Assembly: GCA_963823665.1 (NCBI GenBank)
Contig: CAWGMQ010000004.1
Span: 64,001-128,000, forward strand
DNA length: 64,000 bases
Direction of reading: 5' to 3'
Source: an uncultured Planctomycetota bacterium
GTDB lineage: Bacteria > Planctomycetota > Planctomycetia > Isosphaerales > Isosphaeraceae
Under the pieces are notes generated by a model, which saw only the letters and a list, made by a program, of their open reading frames with translations, had not been told where the DNA came from and searched no databases. Shown here in pieces: positions 49,771 to 62,910 of the stretch. The stretch's first letter is position 1. The number at the start of each line of letters is the position of its first letter. A program made the translations under genes and the position numbers.

Positions 49771-51105
49771 GTGACAGCCCGGCAGGAACGAGATGAAGTC
49801 TGCGTTTGCATCGATCACGAGGCGATTTCGATCCAGCGGCCGGTGCCGACAGCAGCTCATGCCGTTTCTCGGCGCACCAGGCGCCTGGACCGCACCTTCC
49901 GGCGATTGATCCTTGCCGTCATGGGGTTCGTACTGGCCGCGAGCTGGATCGCGTGGCCATCCGGAAGCTCGACCGCCTTGGGGTTGCTGCAGCGCGCGAA
50001 ATCGGGCGCATTGCGTTCGCTCGGATTTGAACCCGACCGGTCGGAGATCGATGCCTACTGGCGCGACCGCCGTGATCGCCGTGAAGTCCGAACGCGCGAG
50101 CGATACAAGACGATATGCGAAGGGCTTGCACCCGAGAAACAGGCGTTCCTTCGCGCGGCCGGCATGGGCCCAGACCGAGCCGTGGTGCGATGGGGCAATT
50201 ACGACATGACGCTCGTGATGTCGGGTGAGGTCTTCGCGTCCGTCAATTCGGGCCGTGTCTACCAACTGCGCCCCTGCGTGCGTTCGTTCTGGATTCGGCA
50301 AATCGACACTTTCGGAATGGATTTCTGCGTGTTCCAGCTCCCGGATACACCTGAGATCCGCAGGCTTGCCGGGCCCGCAGGGGCGGAGGTCATTCCAGGG
50401 CTCTTTCAAACAACAAACTCCTGGGGTTGCCGGGGCCCGGAGCCCGACACGAACGCTCCTGTTCGTGGACTTGTGCTCGGCGACTCGTTCATGCAGGGTT
50501 ACCTGGTGGGTGACGAACAGACACCACCCGAACAGGTTCGACGATTCCTGCGTGACGAACTTGGCAAGGAAGTCTCGATCCTGAACACGGGAACCCTCGG
50601 TTACTGCCCCGAGCATTACTATTACACTTTGAAGGAATTCATTGGGAGGTTCCGACCCCGGTTCGTCGTGGTGGGCCTTTACTCGAACGATTTCGGCGAA
50701 GATGGCGACGTACTCTCGGGCCGAGCCGACTGGATCGAGGAGCAGCACTGGCTCAATTTGATTGTGCGGCTGTGCCGCTCACACAACGCTCTCTGCCTCT
50801 TCGCACCTGTGCCTTGTGAGATCCAGCTCATCGCCACGCGCAATCAGGGACACTGGCCCGGCGGGGCCGCCAACATCACGGGCGCGTCCGGGCGAAACTT
50901 CTGTGACCCGACCGAAGCGTTCATTGAAGAGGATCTGAAGTTCCGCCCGCCGTGGAATCCGCGAGGCATCATCCGGGGCGGCCGCTGCCATCTCTATAAT
51001 GGCGATCTTGGCGACGGCCACCTCTCACCCGCAGGGACGGCGCTCTGGGGCAAGGTCGTCGCGCGGCGGCTCGCTCAGCTCATCGCCAAGGAGCCGGAGG
51101 AATAG
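49771..51105 (+). CDS. SGNH/GDSL hydrolase family protein (start uncertain)
   Basis: LVLGDSFMQG, LNTGTLGY, YSNDF, DGHLSPAG. N-terminal TM. Confidence 0.85.
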   Translation: MTARQERDEVCVCIDHEAISIQRPVPTAAHAVSRRTRRLDRTFRRLILAVMGFVLAASWIAWPSGSSTALGLLQRAKSGALRSLGFEPDRSEIDAYWRDRRDRREVRTRERYKTICEGLAPEKQAFLRAAGMGPDRAVVRWGNYDMTLVMSGEVFASVNSGRVYQLRPCVRSFWIRQIDTFGMDFCVFQLPDTPEIRRLAGPAGAEVIPGLFQTTNSWGCRGPEPDTNAPVRGLVLGDSFMQGYLVGDEQTPPEQVRRFLRDELGKEVSILNTGTLGYCPEHYYYTLKEFIGRFRPRFVVVGLYSNDFGEDGDVLSGRADWIEEQHWLNLIVRLCRSHNALCLFAPVPCEIQLIATRNQGHWPGGAANITGASGRNFCDPTEAFIEEDLKFRPPWNPRGIIRGGRCHLYNGDLGDGHLSPAGTALWGKVVARRLAQLIAKEPEE

Positions 51106-51106
51106 A

Positions 51107-51556
51107 TCAATTCGATTCCTTCTTCCGCTCGTATGTGACCATGAACAGCTTGGTACCCTTCTTGGTCTTGAACTCGGTCGGCCGGGATTCGCCTGAGAGG
51201 TCGTAGCAGATCTTCAGCGTGTCGTCCTTGAGCTCATAGATTGCCAGGAACGTCTTGCCTTTGTTCGGGCCTTCGACGCCCTTGATGTCCATCGTCTTGG
51301 GGTCTGCTTTCGTGTCGTAAGTAATGGTTCCTTTGTCCGGCGACTCGGCGACGGCTTCGTATTCGTCTTTCTTGAGCGTCAACTTCAGATTCTCGTAGAA
51401 TTTCTTCGGCATCTCCTTGCCGGCCATCTCCGCCTTGGCCGCCTGCCACGTGCCGTCGATTTTCGGCTCTTCCTTCTTGGCGTCATCGCAACGGGCGACG
51501 CACGGCAGCGCAAGCAGAATGACAATGGATGTGCGAGCAAAAAACGGCCTCATCAT
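51107..51556 (-). CDS. Planctomycete TIGR03067-type domain protein
   Basis: Signal peptide, IDGTWQ, PKTMDI...GPNKGKTFLAIYELKDDTLKICY...RPTEF. Confidence 0.9.
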   Translation of the reverse strand: MMRPFFARTSIVILLALPCVARCDDAKKEEPKIDGTWQAAKAEMAGKEMPKKFYENLKLTLKKDEYEAVAESPDKGTITYDTKADPKTMDIKGVEGPNKGKTFLAIYELKDDTLKICYDLSGESRPTEFKTKKGTKLFMVTYERKKESN

Positions 51557-51597
51557 GGTTCTCCGATTCTTGAAGATGGAACTGAAAAGTCTGGAAA

Positions 51598-52515
51598 TCA
51601 ACGTGCGCGAACTGGACGCACCGGGACGCAACAATCCAGGTCGAATTCCGCCCAGTTCTCGGTCGTGGTGGGATAGCTGCGAAACACTTCCATCGCCGGG
51701 GCGTGAGTCGGCTCGAGGCCGCTGCGAGGCAGCCAGCGGTAGAAAAGATGCCTCCATGCTCGATCAACCTTCTGGATATCGCCCCGGCAGTGGAGTTCTC
51801 CGAATCGGCCCGCGGGGATGGTTCCCGAACTGATTCCGTCGTCCGCCGGCATGCCGTCCGGCAGAACCAGGCACCAGTCGAAACGATATTTCGCCATTGG
51901 TGTGATGTCAGGATCATCCTGGCTCATGCCGATCAAGGTGGCTTTGGGAACGACGCCGTGGCGGAGGCCCCAGTCGATGATTTTCCGATATCCCGCGAAG
52001 ATCTTATCGGGCTGGTAGCCGCCGATCACGCGAACATAGCCGATTCGCAATGCGGAGCGCTCGCGAACCCGCACGCGGAAGCGGTCGGGGTTTGCGGCAG
52101 CCGGTAACGCACCAAAACCATATCCGGCGTTGGCCATCAGGTCTTGCCGGATCTTGCTCATTTCGAGAAAGACTTCGCGCGTGTAAGCGCGGGGACTGAA
52201 GCCATAGGCTTGCTTGAAAGCCCGAGAAAAATCTGAAGAAGACGCAAAGCCGTAGCGAAGCGCGATTGACGTCAGGCTTCGTTTGGGGGTGTGCGCCATC
52301 GCGAAGACCGCCCGCTCCAGCCGCAGTCTTACGATGAACGCGTGCACCGGCTCGCCGACCACCGATCGAAAGACACGGTGGAAGTGAAACGGCGAGAAAT
52401 GAGCCAGGCGGGCCAGCTTCTCCAGAGGAAGGGACTCGTCGAGGTGCCCGGAGATAAAGTCCATCACGCGATTGACCCGACGGCAATAGATCTCGGCAGA
52501 TCGCCTCGCGTTCAT
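51598..52515 (-). CDS. AraC-family regulator with GyrI-like effector domain
   Basis: LARLAHFSPFHFHRVF, IALRYGFASSSDFSRAFK, DDPDIT...YRFD, WLPRSG. Confidence 0.93.
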   Translation of the reverse strand: MNARRSAEIYCRRVNRVMDFISGHLDESLPLEKLARLAHFSPFHFHRVFRSVVGEPVHAFIVRLRLERAVFAMAHTPKRSLTSIALRYGFASSSDFSRAFKQAYGFSPRAYTREVFLEMSKIRQDLMANAGYGFGALPAAANPDRFRVRVRERSALRIGYVRVIGGYQPDKIFAGYRKIIDWGLRHGVVPKATLIGMSQDDPDITPMAKYRFDWCLVLPDGMPADDGISSGTIPAGRFGELHCRGDIQKVDRAWRHLFYRWLPRSGLEPTHAPAMEVFRSYPTTTENWAEFDLDCCVPVRPVRAR

Positions 52516-52844
52516 GGGCACCTCAATGGCCACGCTGCCCTTCCCTTCCCCTGTTGCTGTCCCCGGCTTCAATCCGGCTCGTTCGCTTTGCCGGTGACAA
52601 GATTCGCATGCGAAACGCGTTCGAACAATCTATCATCGAACCGGACGGCGACGGAACCTCGCGAAGAAATTTACGTGCTGAATTGGTGTGAAGGGCGATC
52701 GCTTGGCTCGCGAAAGCGTTATACTGAACGATGCGGTCCGCTTGTGCGGGGCGCGAGATCCGAGCACGGCTCGCCAAGGGCGGAATTGCCACCCGGCGAG
52801 CCAACGAGCGAGAACCGGTCCAGAACCTGGGGCAAATTCCCCTG

Positions 52845-54127
52845 ATGACGAGTGCAAGCCCGCCTGCCGCAGTCACGCGGAGCCGACGCCCTATCATCGC
52901 GGCTGCTGTGTTCATTCTGCTCGCGCTTGGCGCGGTGGGTTTCTACCTGGGCAGGGACACGATCGGCCGGCGGGAGGCGCACGCGGTCACCCTGGCGCTC
53001 AACGAGGGGCGACGCGACGACGCCGCGATTGCGCTTGATCGCTGGCTGAAAGCCTCGCCTGAATCCGCTGAAGCGCATTTCCTGAAGGCACGGCTCGCCT
53101 GGATCGAGGGTGATCTGCCGGTGGCGCAGGCGGAGCTGGACCAAGCGGAAAAGCTCGGACACCCGCAACAGGCTCTGGCCAGGCTGACGGGACTTCTTCT
53201 GGCGCGAGGGAGCCGGAAAACCGGTGCCGAGCCGTTTCTACGTCATGCGCTCGACGCCTCGCAAGGCGCCGATCGGGAGGTGGCGGAGGCCCTGGTCCGG
53301 CTGTACATGGAGGGCTTTCGCCTGAACGACGCCACCGTGGTGCTCGACCGATGGATGAAGGCGGCGCCTCGCGATGCGCGCCCATACACGCTTCAAGCCG
53401 AGATCGATTGGCGGACGCACGAGGATGATGAGGTCATCATCAGCCGCTACCGGGCGGCGCTCGAGCGCGACGGCAGTCTGAGCGAAGCGCGGCTGGGGCT
53501 GGCCAAGCATCTTCACATGAGCCGCCGCTTTCCAGAGGCCGCGGTTGAGTATGCCGCGTATCTGGCCCGGCAGCCGCAAGATTCGGCCGGTTATCTGGGG
53601 GCGGGCCAGAACGCTCTCGACATGGGAGACGACAATGCCGCCGGGCCGATCCTGGATCGGGCGCTCGAGCTGGCGCCTCACGATTCCGAAGTGCTGGCCG
53701 CCTGCGCCACGCTCCAGGTGCATCGAGGTCAGCTCGAAAAAGCGGTTACGCTGTTCGATCAAGCCATCGCGGCAGACCCAACTGACCACTGGAATTGCTA
53801 TCAGCGCATGCTTATTCTTTCCAGGTTAGGCCGAAAGGCTGAAGCGAACGTCGAGCGTCTGCGAGTCGAGCGGCTTAAGCGCGATCAAGACCACGTCAAC
53901 GACCTCAGGCGGGCGCTGTGCGCAGGCCGCTCGATGCCAAGCTCCGCAGCGAGACCGCGAGCTGGCTGATGGAACACGGTCACGAGGACGAAGCGGTTGA
54001 TTGGGCGAACCTCGTGCTGCAAGGGGACCCGACTCACCCCGCGATGAACCGGCTGCTCGCCGATCATTTTCGCAAGAAGGGCCAGCCAGGCCTGGCGAAA
54101 TTCTATGAAGCGCAAATGCGCCGGTGA
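52845..54127 (+). CDS. Membrane-anchored TPR protein (frameshift near 53920)
   Basis: TM followed by many TPRs (AEAHFLKARLA, EARLGLAKHL). ORF 53918-54127 continues it. Confidence 0.85.
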
Positions 54128-54193
54128 ACGAGTAATGTTTCGACCAACGGACGGCTGACCAAGAGACAACCCAAACGGAATTCGAGTTGATCA

Positions 54194-55542
54194 ATGATGA
54201 AAGCACCTCGACGGATCGCGTGGTTCGCCGCTCTGTTGATCCTGGCTGCAGGGCATCACCGCATCGCCGCAGGAAGTCAGGACGCGCGGCGCGCGCCCAA
54301 CGTCCTGCTGATCGTCGTGGACGATCTGGGATACGGCGACCTCGGCTGTTACGGCTCGAAGGAGATCCGCACGCCGGCGATTGACCGCCTGGCGACGGAA
54401 GGGGTGCGCCTGACCGATTTCTACGCCAACAGCGCCATGTGCTCGCCGACGCGCGCGGCCTTGTTGACCGGCGCTATCCCCAGCGCGCCGGATTTGACTG
54501 GGCAATCGGTTATGGCGAGCGAGGGCGAGGGCTGGCGGCGTCGGAGACGTCGCTGCCGCGGATGATGCGCGACGCAGGGTACCGCACGGCCTTCTTCGGC
54601 AAGTGGCACCTCGGCTACGACGACCGGTATAGCGCGATTGCCCACGGGTTCGACGAGTTTTTCGGCATCCTCGCCGCCGACATCGACTATTACGGCCATA
54701 AGGAAGCCACCGGCGAGCCGGGGCTCTACGAGGGGACCAAGCTGGTCGACCGGCCGGGATACATGACGGACCTGATCGCCGAACGGGCGCTCCAGTTCAT
54801 CGACAAGAATGCGGCGAAGCCGTTCTTTCTCGAGGTCGCCTTCAATGCGCCCCACTACCCGTTTCAGCCGCCGGGAAAGCCCGATGACGTGCGGACCATG
54901 CGGAACTACGGACCGAACGCCGGCACGCGAGCCGATTACATCCAGATGGTCGAATGCGTGGATCGCCGGATCGGCGAGATCGTTCGTTCGCTGGACCAGC
55001 ACCAGCTTGCTGCGAATACGCTGGTCGTGTTCGTGGATGACAACGGCGGCGAGCGGCTCTCGAGCAATGCCCCGTTCGCCGGCGGTAAGGCAACGCTTCT
55101 GGAAGGGGGAATTCGCGTCCCTTGCGTGATTCGCTGGCCGGGCGTGGTTCCAGCGGGGCGGGTATCGCACCAGGTGACGATGACGATGGACCTGACGGCA
55201 AGCATTCTTTCGGCCTGCGGCGTCAAACCGCCTGCGGGCCGGGTCTTGGACGGCGAGGATCTGCTGCCGATTCTGGCCGGGAAGGCCCCCGAGCGCGAGC
55301 GCACGGTATTCTGGCGGATCCGTCATCCGGCGGCACTTCGGCTGCAGAAGGCGGTGCGTCGCGGACGCTGGAAGTACTTGACCGAAGGACGAATCAGCGT
55401 GCTCTTCGATCTAGAATCTGACCCGGGCGAGAAGCGCGACGTCGCCCGCGAGAACCCGGAGACTCTCGCGGAGCTCAAGCAGGCGATTGCGGACTGGGAA
55501 AAGCAGGTGCCGCCCCCGAGGGGCAATGTGCCGCTGCGATGA
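54194..55542 (+). CDS. Sulfatase, formylglycine-dependent (frameshift near 54470)
   Basis: [58 protein letters not shown]. Confidence 0.95.
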
Positions 55543-55578
55543 GCTGGCACGGTCATTGACCTGCGGCGTTGCGTTCGA

Positions 55579-58500
55579 TCATCGAGCGCCGCTCTCGTCG
55601 AGCTCGGCCAGCCGCAGGCAGCGCGCTTCCCATTCCGAAGCGGTCAGAACGTGGACCATACCGTCGGAGGAAAGCTCCATGCGGGTGAGCTCTTCGACCC
55701 AGCACTTGATGCGCTCGATCGTTCCCGTGGCGGGTGGGGGCACCTCCCAGATTCGCGCGGTGGCGTCGGCGGAAGCGGTCAGCACGGCGCGGCCGTCGGG
55801 CCGGAAGCCAACGGAAACGACTCGGCCACCGTGTTCGCGCACTGGACTGATCGGCTTGCCAGCAGCGAGGTCCCAGATCCGGGCCGTTCCGTCGCCGCAA
55901 CCCACCAGCACGGCGCGGCCGTCGGGGGAAATTGCCAGGTCCATGATCAGACTTTGAAGCATGAGCGGCGGCGCAACGGACTTGCCGGTTGCGGGATCCC
56001 AGAACCGCAGGGCCTTGTCCCAGCCTCCGCTCACGATGAGTTTACCGTCGGGCCGGAATGCCAGCCCGCGCAACGAACCCTGATGCGTGAGCGGCTCCCC
56101 GAAAGGCGCGTGAGTGGCGGCATTCCAGAGACGGCCGGTCATGTCGTCGCTGCCCGTGACGATCGTGCCTCCATCGGGGCTGAACTTGATGGCCTCGATC
56201 CGCGTCGCTCGCTTCTGCTCGAGAGTGGCTCCGACCGGCTTTCGCGTGGCGAGGTCCCAGAAGCGAACGACGCCGTCGTGATCGCCGACCAGGATCGTGC
56301 GGCCGTCGGGGCTGAATGTGACGACATTGGCCGGAGCGGGCAGTTGCAGCGGCTCACCGATCGGTTGACCGGTAGCTCTGCTCCAGAGGCCCACCGTCCG
56401 GTTGCCGCCACCGGTGGCGACGGTTCCGCCATCGGGACTGAAGGCGATCGCGCGCATCATAGCGTGCTGGTCAAGGACCCCGCCGATGGAGCGGCCGGTT
56501 GCGGCGTCATGCAGGCGGGCTGTGCCGTCCGAGCACGCGACCAGGATCACCCGACCGTCCGGGCTGAAGCACGCGCGCGAGACAACGCTTGGCTGCGGAA
56601 ATCTGAGCTCGCGCGAAAGGCTGGTAGCCGTGTCCCAGACCTGGGCCTCAAAATCCCAGCCGGCGGTGACGAGAAGTGATCCATCACCGCTGAACGTGGC
56701 GTGATTCACAGTGCCGACGTGTTCGAGCGGGCTGCCGACGGAGCGCCCCGTGGCGGCATCCCAGAGTCTGGCTGTGTTGTCGTCGCCGCAGGTGACGGCC
56801 GTTCGACCGTCCGGACTGAATGTGACGAAAGTGAGCTCGCTCTCGTGCCGCAGTGGGGCGCTAATGGGCTCGCCCGTGGCGGCGTTCCAGAGCCGCCCGG
56901 AACGATCCATGCTGCCGGTCAATACCGTCTTGCCATCAGGGCTGAACGCGACGGAGAAGAGGATCGCGGCGTGCACGAGCGGCTTGCCGATCTGCTTGGC
57001 AGTGGCGACGTCCCAGAGCCGGGCGATGCCGTCGAAGCCGCCGGTGACCACTGTCTTGCCGTCAGGACTGATCGCCGCGCGGAGGATCTCTTGTCCGTGG
57101 AAGAGCGGTGGACTCACCGGTTCGCCCGTGGCGGCATTCCACAGGCGAGCGGTCTTGTCGATGCTTGCGGTCATGATCGTCAGGCCGTCGGGGCTGAATG
57201 CCAGGTCGGTCACCCAGCCTTCGTGGGCCATTGGTTTGGCGGCGGCCGCACCGGTCGCCGCCGAGTACACCCGCGCAGTCCGATCCTTGCCGCCGATCGC
57301 GATCCGCGAGCCGTCGCGGCTGAACGCGGCACAAATGATCGCTTCTTGATGTGGGATGGGTGCGCCCAAGGCCCGTCCGGTGGCGATCTCGCGAAGGCGG
57401 AGCGTGTTCGCGTTGTCGGCGACGAGCAAGACCGTGCGGTCGGGGTTGAACCAGGTGTCAAGCTCGTCGCGAAACGCGGTCCGGGACCAGCCGATGCCGC
57501 CATCTGCATCGTTGATCCAGGCGAGCGGATCCTCGAAGACGCAGGGCGGGCCCTGCGGCTTTCCGGTCGAGGCATCCCACATCGTCACATTCATTGTCGG
57601 GTTGGTGTCGAAGCAGTTCACCGTGATGAGCGTATGGCTTTCGGGCCGGAACACAACGGCCGCGACCCGGGTCGTAGGGTGGCGCAGAATCGCCTTGAGA
57701 GACGTGAGCTGCCGGCTCCACGCGGCGAGGTTTGCCCGGAGCGCGCCTTTGAGATTCTCGCTGTCGGCAGGAGTGACGTCGAGCGCGCGCGCCATCCAGA
57801 GCAGCCCGCGGTTGACCTCGCCGCGCTCGCAGAGCGAAAGTGCGCGATCCATGGTCAGGTTTGCGGAGAGCAGCTCGGCGCGAGACTTCTCGCGAAAAGC
57901 TTCGTGATAGTTGTTTTCGGCCAGCCGGCGCTGCACGTCGGTGCGGTCTTTCTCGGCGCGAACCATCACGCCGTTGACTGCGAGCGCAACGACGGCTGAA
58001 GCAAGCAAGACGGCGAGCGCCGCCACGGCCGGCTTGTGCCGCCGCGCCCATCGCGCGGCTCGTTGCGGCGCCGGCTCGCGGTAGACCCGCACCGGCTCGT
58101 CAGCCAGCCAGCGATCAACCTCGGCGGCCAGAGCTGTGGCCGATTCATAGCGGTGCACAGGTTGAATCGCCATGGCCTTGCGCACAATCGCCTCGAGCGC
58201 TGGCGGCACACCGCGATCGACCTGGCGCGGCGGCGGGTAATCGCCGCGCTTCACTCTGGGCAGGAGCGACTGAATGTCTGGCTCGTCGAAGGGAGGCTTG
58301 CCCGTCAAGATGCAGTAGAGCGTGGCTCCGAGACTGTAGACGTCGCTGGCGGGTCCGATCGAGGCGAGCGTGCCCTCAGCTTGCTCGGGGCTCATATACG
58401 AGGGCGTGCCGATGATGGTGCCCTGGACGGTCTCGGCATTTGAGTTGCCGCTCGAGGGCATGAAGGTGGCCTCGGCTGAATGAGCGGCGCCCAACTCCTC

Positions 58501-59449
58501 ACGGCCGACAACCTTGGCCAGGCCCCAGTCAACGACGAGGGTCTCGCCGTAGGGTCCGAGCATGATGTTCGAAGGCTTGAGATCCCGATGGATCACACCC
58601 CGGCTATGTGCATACGCTACTGTATTGCAAACGTCGATGAATCTTGAGAGAAGCTGGCGTAGTGATAGCGCATGGTCGCCCGGGGACCGCCCGCCTTTCG
58701 CGCCAGCTTTGCGGTGAGCGTCGATGGCTTCCTTGAGTGTCTCGCCGCGCACGAATCGCATCGCGTAGAACGGCCGGCCGTCTGCTCTCGTGCCCAGGCC
58801 ATAGACCGGTACAACGCCGGGATGCTCGAGGCGCCCCGTGACCTCGGCCTCCAGCAGGAACCTGGCGCGGCTGGCGAGGTTCCCGGCCTGGTCGGGCAAA
58901 ATCTCCTTGAGGGCCACTTCGCGGTGGAGCTCGGCGTCGAGTGCGACACTGACGACGCCGATGCCTCCGCGGGCGTGCGGCCGCAAAACCCGAAAACGAG
59001 CACCGGCTGAACTCGGCTGGCCCAGGCCGAGGCTGAAATCAGTGGTTGCCTGGGGGTCGATGTCCGATCCGGCAACGGTTCTCATCACGGGGCGAGATGA
59101 TCTCCGGCGCGGCACCGTTGTGCATCGAAAGTTGGGCCAAAGTCGCGTCAAGCTCGGGCTCGCCGAGTTGCCGTAACCCGGTGACGATGGCCGGCGGCGG
59201 CGAGACGGCCGCGAGACTTCGCTCCATGCTGCCGCCGTGCTTGGCGACATGACGGCGCACCAGGTTTTCCAGGGTCGCGCGATCGTGAGTGGCCAACGCG
59301 CCCCGGTCCACAAGCACCTGAGCCAGCGACCCGCCCCGGTTCTTCGACCAGCGCTGGAAGGCATCGAGCAAGTCGGCTTGCTCGAACAGGCCGAGCTGAA
59401 GCCCCAGAATGCCGAAGAGCAGGTTGGTGTCGACTTCGACGGATGCCAT
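55579..59449 (-). CDS. Ser/Thr protein kinase with WD40 repeats (frameshift near 59075)
   Basis: [11 protein letters not shown]-terminus, [38 protein letters not shown], many AFSPDG...ARLW repeats. Confidence 0.93.
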
Positions 59450-59598
59450 CGCAGGTTTTCCAGGCAGTCATTCCTTGCGCGAAATTGTGTTTGGAGCTTA
59501 CCATGCCAGACAAGGTCGTGCCAAATCGGAGGCACGAGAGACCGATGATGCACATTGAGTGCAAGAGCGATTTCTACCTCTACGAACCGAGGACGATC

Positions 59599-60952
59599 AT
59601 GGCGACCTACCAGTTTCCCGAAGGCTTCGTCTGGGGCGCGGCGACGGCGGCCGCTCAGATCGAGGGGGCCGCGCGATCAGGCGGCAAGGGCGAATCGATC
59701 TGGGACCGATTTCGCCACGCTGCCCGGCAAGATCAAGAACGGCGATACCCCCGAGATCGCTTGCGATCATTATCACCGTTATGAGGCTGACTTCGACCTG
59801 CTCCGTCAGCTCGGCATCGCCCACTACCGGCTTTCGATCGCATGGCCGCGGGTCTTTCCCATAAGCGACGGAAACGATCAACGCACAAGGGCTTGATGAT
59901 TACTCGCGGATGATCGACGCTCTGCTCGAACGGGAGATCACGCCGTGGGTCACGCTCTTCCACTGGGACTTGCCGCAGGCGCTGGAAGACCGGGGCGGCT
60001 GGCTCGTTCGCGGAACCGTCGACGCCTTCAGCCGCTACAGCGAGGCGGTCGTGAAACGATTGGGCGACCGAGTGAAGAACTGGTTCACGGTGAATGAGAT
60101 TCCTTGTTTCATCGGCAATGGATATGGCAACGGGTACTTCGCGCCGGGCAGCCGAGTGAGCGCGCGCGAGCTGAACCAGGCTTATCACCACGCGCTGCTG
60201 GCGCATGGGTTTGGGGTCGAGGCTGTGCGGACACACGCGATGGCCGGAGCGCGTGTGGGTCTGGTGCATAACCACCTGCCCGCGCCGCCGATTCCGGTGA
60301 CCGAGACCGAGGCCGACGTTGTCGCTGCGCGAGCCGAGTACGCGCGGACCAACGGGCAACTGATGGGCCCTGTTTTCCTGGGAGAGTATCCCGAATCGTT
60401 TCTTCGCGACGCCGGAGTCGAATGCTCCGCAGGTCGAGCCGGGCGACATGGAACGTATCGCGCTGCCGACGGATTTTCTGGGGCTCAATGTTTACGCGGG
60501 GAATTTCGTGCGCGCGGGGCGTGACGGCCAGCCGGACGTCTTGCCGTTTCCGCGCGGATATCCCGAGGCCGCTTTGTGGTGGCTCAAGATCACGCCGCAA
60601 AGTCTTGTACTGGGCGGTGCGACTCGCGGCCGAGGTTTTCGGGGTCAAGACGTTTTACATGACCGAGAGCGGAGCGACATTCGACGACGAAGTGACACCA
60701 GACGGCGAGGTGCTCGACTTGCACCGGCGCGAGTATTTGCGGAGCTACCTGGTCGAGCTGCACCGGGCCGTGGCCGAGGGCTATGACGTGCGCGGCTACT
60801 TCGTCTGGTCGCTGCTCGACAATTTCGAGTGGGCGGAGGGGTATGAGAAACGGTTTGGAATCGTGCACGTGGATTTCGCAACGCAGCGTCGCACGCCGAA
60901 GCTCTCGGCGCGGTGGTATTCGGAAGTGATTCGGAATAATCGGATTGTTTGA
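59599..60952 (+). CDS. GH1 beta-glucosidase (several frameshifts)
   Basis: [66 protein letters not shown]. Confidence 0.93.
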
Positions 60953-61117
60953 TGTATGCGGTTCAATGCACTGGTCGCGGCTCCGCGCGAATTGTTTCGC
61001 GAATTGCCTGGAAATGATTCCATGACACGCTTACGGTGGAATGTGGACAAAACTGCCGCTTGGTCAGCGGGCTCCGCGCGACGGATCCCGAGCACCTCAC
61101 ATGACGGGGCAAGACCG

Positions 61118-61240
61118 ATGGCATATCGCTTGATTGCTTCGATGGTGGCGTTGATATCGGTCATCATGGCGCCGTCACCGGCGGTTTCCCAGGATGAAGT
61201 CTGGAGGGAGCATCTCTCGGCCGGATACGACGCGCACTAA
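61118..61240 (+). pseudogene. 5' fragment of a secreted TPR protein gene interrupted by an IS
   Basis: Signal peptide MAYRLIASMVALISVIMAPSPAVSQ, then WREHLSAGYDAH, ending at the IS junction. Confidence 0.75.
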
Positions 61241-62907
61241 GTTCAGGTTTCGCACATTCTGAAGGCGCTTTGCGATCGGCCGAGCCGGCATTTTCGTGTC
61301 ACTCGGTTGCTCGCGACGGAGCGGGTGCAGCTTCAGTTAGCCTGGTCGACGCCGATCACGCCACTCGGCTGAGAAGATCGGTGACCTGCGCAAGCCAGGT
61401 TTTTATAGCGCGCTGATCTAAAAGCACTGCGCGAGTTTTTTCTTCAAGGCTAACACGGCGCAGTGTGGTCAATAGATCAGCAAACGAGGGTTCTTGCTTC
61501 CGTTGATACCACGGGCGGATGGGAAATCGGACGAATCGATGTCCGGTCTGGTGGAACCACACTATCACCAAGCTGTAGAGCATCAGCGCCATGGGCGCGG
61601 TACGCCCGACCGCCTTCGGCAGACGATTCGCTGGGTCTTCGAGCCCCAGGAACTGTTTGCAATTCTCGAAGGTGCATTCAATCGCCCAGCGATAGGAGTA
61701 CACCGTCAGAATTTGCCGTGCGCTCCAATCAAGCTTGGTGCAGTAGAACATCTGATCGGGGCGTTTCCCTTCCAGATCATGTACCAAGACGATCGTCAGC
61801 TCGCGGTCTCCACCTGCCTTGTAGTAGAGGGCCTTGATCGTTTTGACGGCGAGCCTGGCATGCAACCCGAACTGGTTGAATTTAAGTTCAGTCCAAGGTT
61901 GGCTGGGATCATTGGCCCACTGGGCCATGCTCGGCAGACGGGCACCTTTTTTTCGAGGCGCTCCTTTGCGTCCTTTCTTCTCGACGGGGGCACGCTCGTA
62001 AAGCGCACCCTTGGGATGGACATGGCTGATGAGATGAACGTTCGTCGGCAGATGCGACAGGATGCTCTTGCCCCCATAGGCGCTGTCGCCGGTAAGAAAG
62101 ATCTCATCGTCAGGATACCACTGAGCTACCAAGTGGATGAGCTCGCGAGCCAGTTCAGGGCGAGTGCGATGATCAGGATTGGGTTTGCAACCTTTACCCC
62201 GACCCTTCTTCCCCTTGGTGAGTCCTTGCCGATTGCGGTACAGACGCATGGTGATTGGCAAGGCGAAGACCTTGGTGGGTGCCCAAAACGGGTTCACGAC
62301 GATCAGGCAAAGCACGACCCAGTCGTGGCCCCAACTGACCAGCGACTTGGCGCGACTGGAGATCAGCGGATCGTAGTGCATGCCCGCGCCGTAGAGAGTC
62401 AATCCTCGTTTACGGCAGAGCGTGTCATCGACGGCCCAATACAGGGTAGCACCAGGCGCAGGATTGAGCCGACCAGTTTGGCCAAGCACAAGGCGAAGTG
62501 ATCGGGGTCCCACGCGGCATGACTGAAGAAGCGATGGAACCGACACCAATGGCCGTTGCCAATGTTACCGCTGGCAAAGATGAGCTCGGTCACGTAACGA
62601 TGACGGTGCGAAAGCAACCAACCCGTGACGATTTCAACGAAGGTCAGGAAGGTTGGGGTCGTGAAGACATCGGCGAATTGATGTAGCAGCTCAGTGAACG
62701 AAGCGGTAAGTTCCATTGGTCGGCTTCCTTGCCTGGGTGCCTATTTGGTTTGTAAGCCCCAGACAGGATGCCATACGTGTGCAAGGAAGCCGACATCAAT
62801 TGTCGCGACGCGGCTCTCGCCTTCCGGCGCGGAACAGGTCGCGACGCGGCCGAATCACGCATCAACGTATACGCGGCCAATGCCTGCGAAATGTGCGAAA
62901 CCTGAAC
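61241..62907 (-). mobile_element. IS701-family-like insertion sequence, ~1.67 kb
   Basis: Perfect 18 bp terminal inverted repeats GTTCAGGTTTCGCACATT (61241-61258) and AATGTGCGAAACCTGAAC (62890-62907). CTAAG at both junctions. Visibly lower GC. Confidence 0.9.
61356..62716 (-). CDS. DDE transposase, IS701-like (frameshift near 62459)
   Basis: FHRFFSHAAW, AVDDTLCRKRG, WGHDWV, TGDSAYG, YSYRWAIECTFENCKQFLG. Confidence 0.9.
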
Positions 62908-62910
62908 TAA

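Noticed and set aside
55600..57400. Periodic DNA repeats as a CRISPR array
   Set aside because: They are degenerate coding repeats of WD40 units (likewise TPRs at 5600-6500), with no identical repeats, spacers or cas genes.
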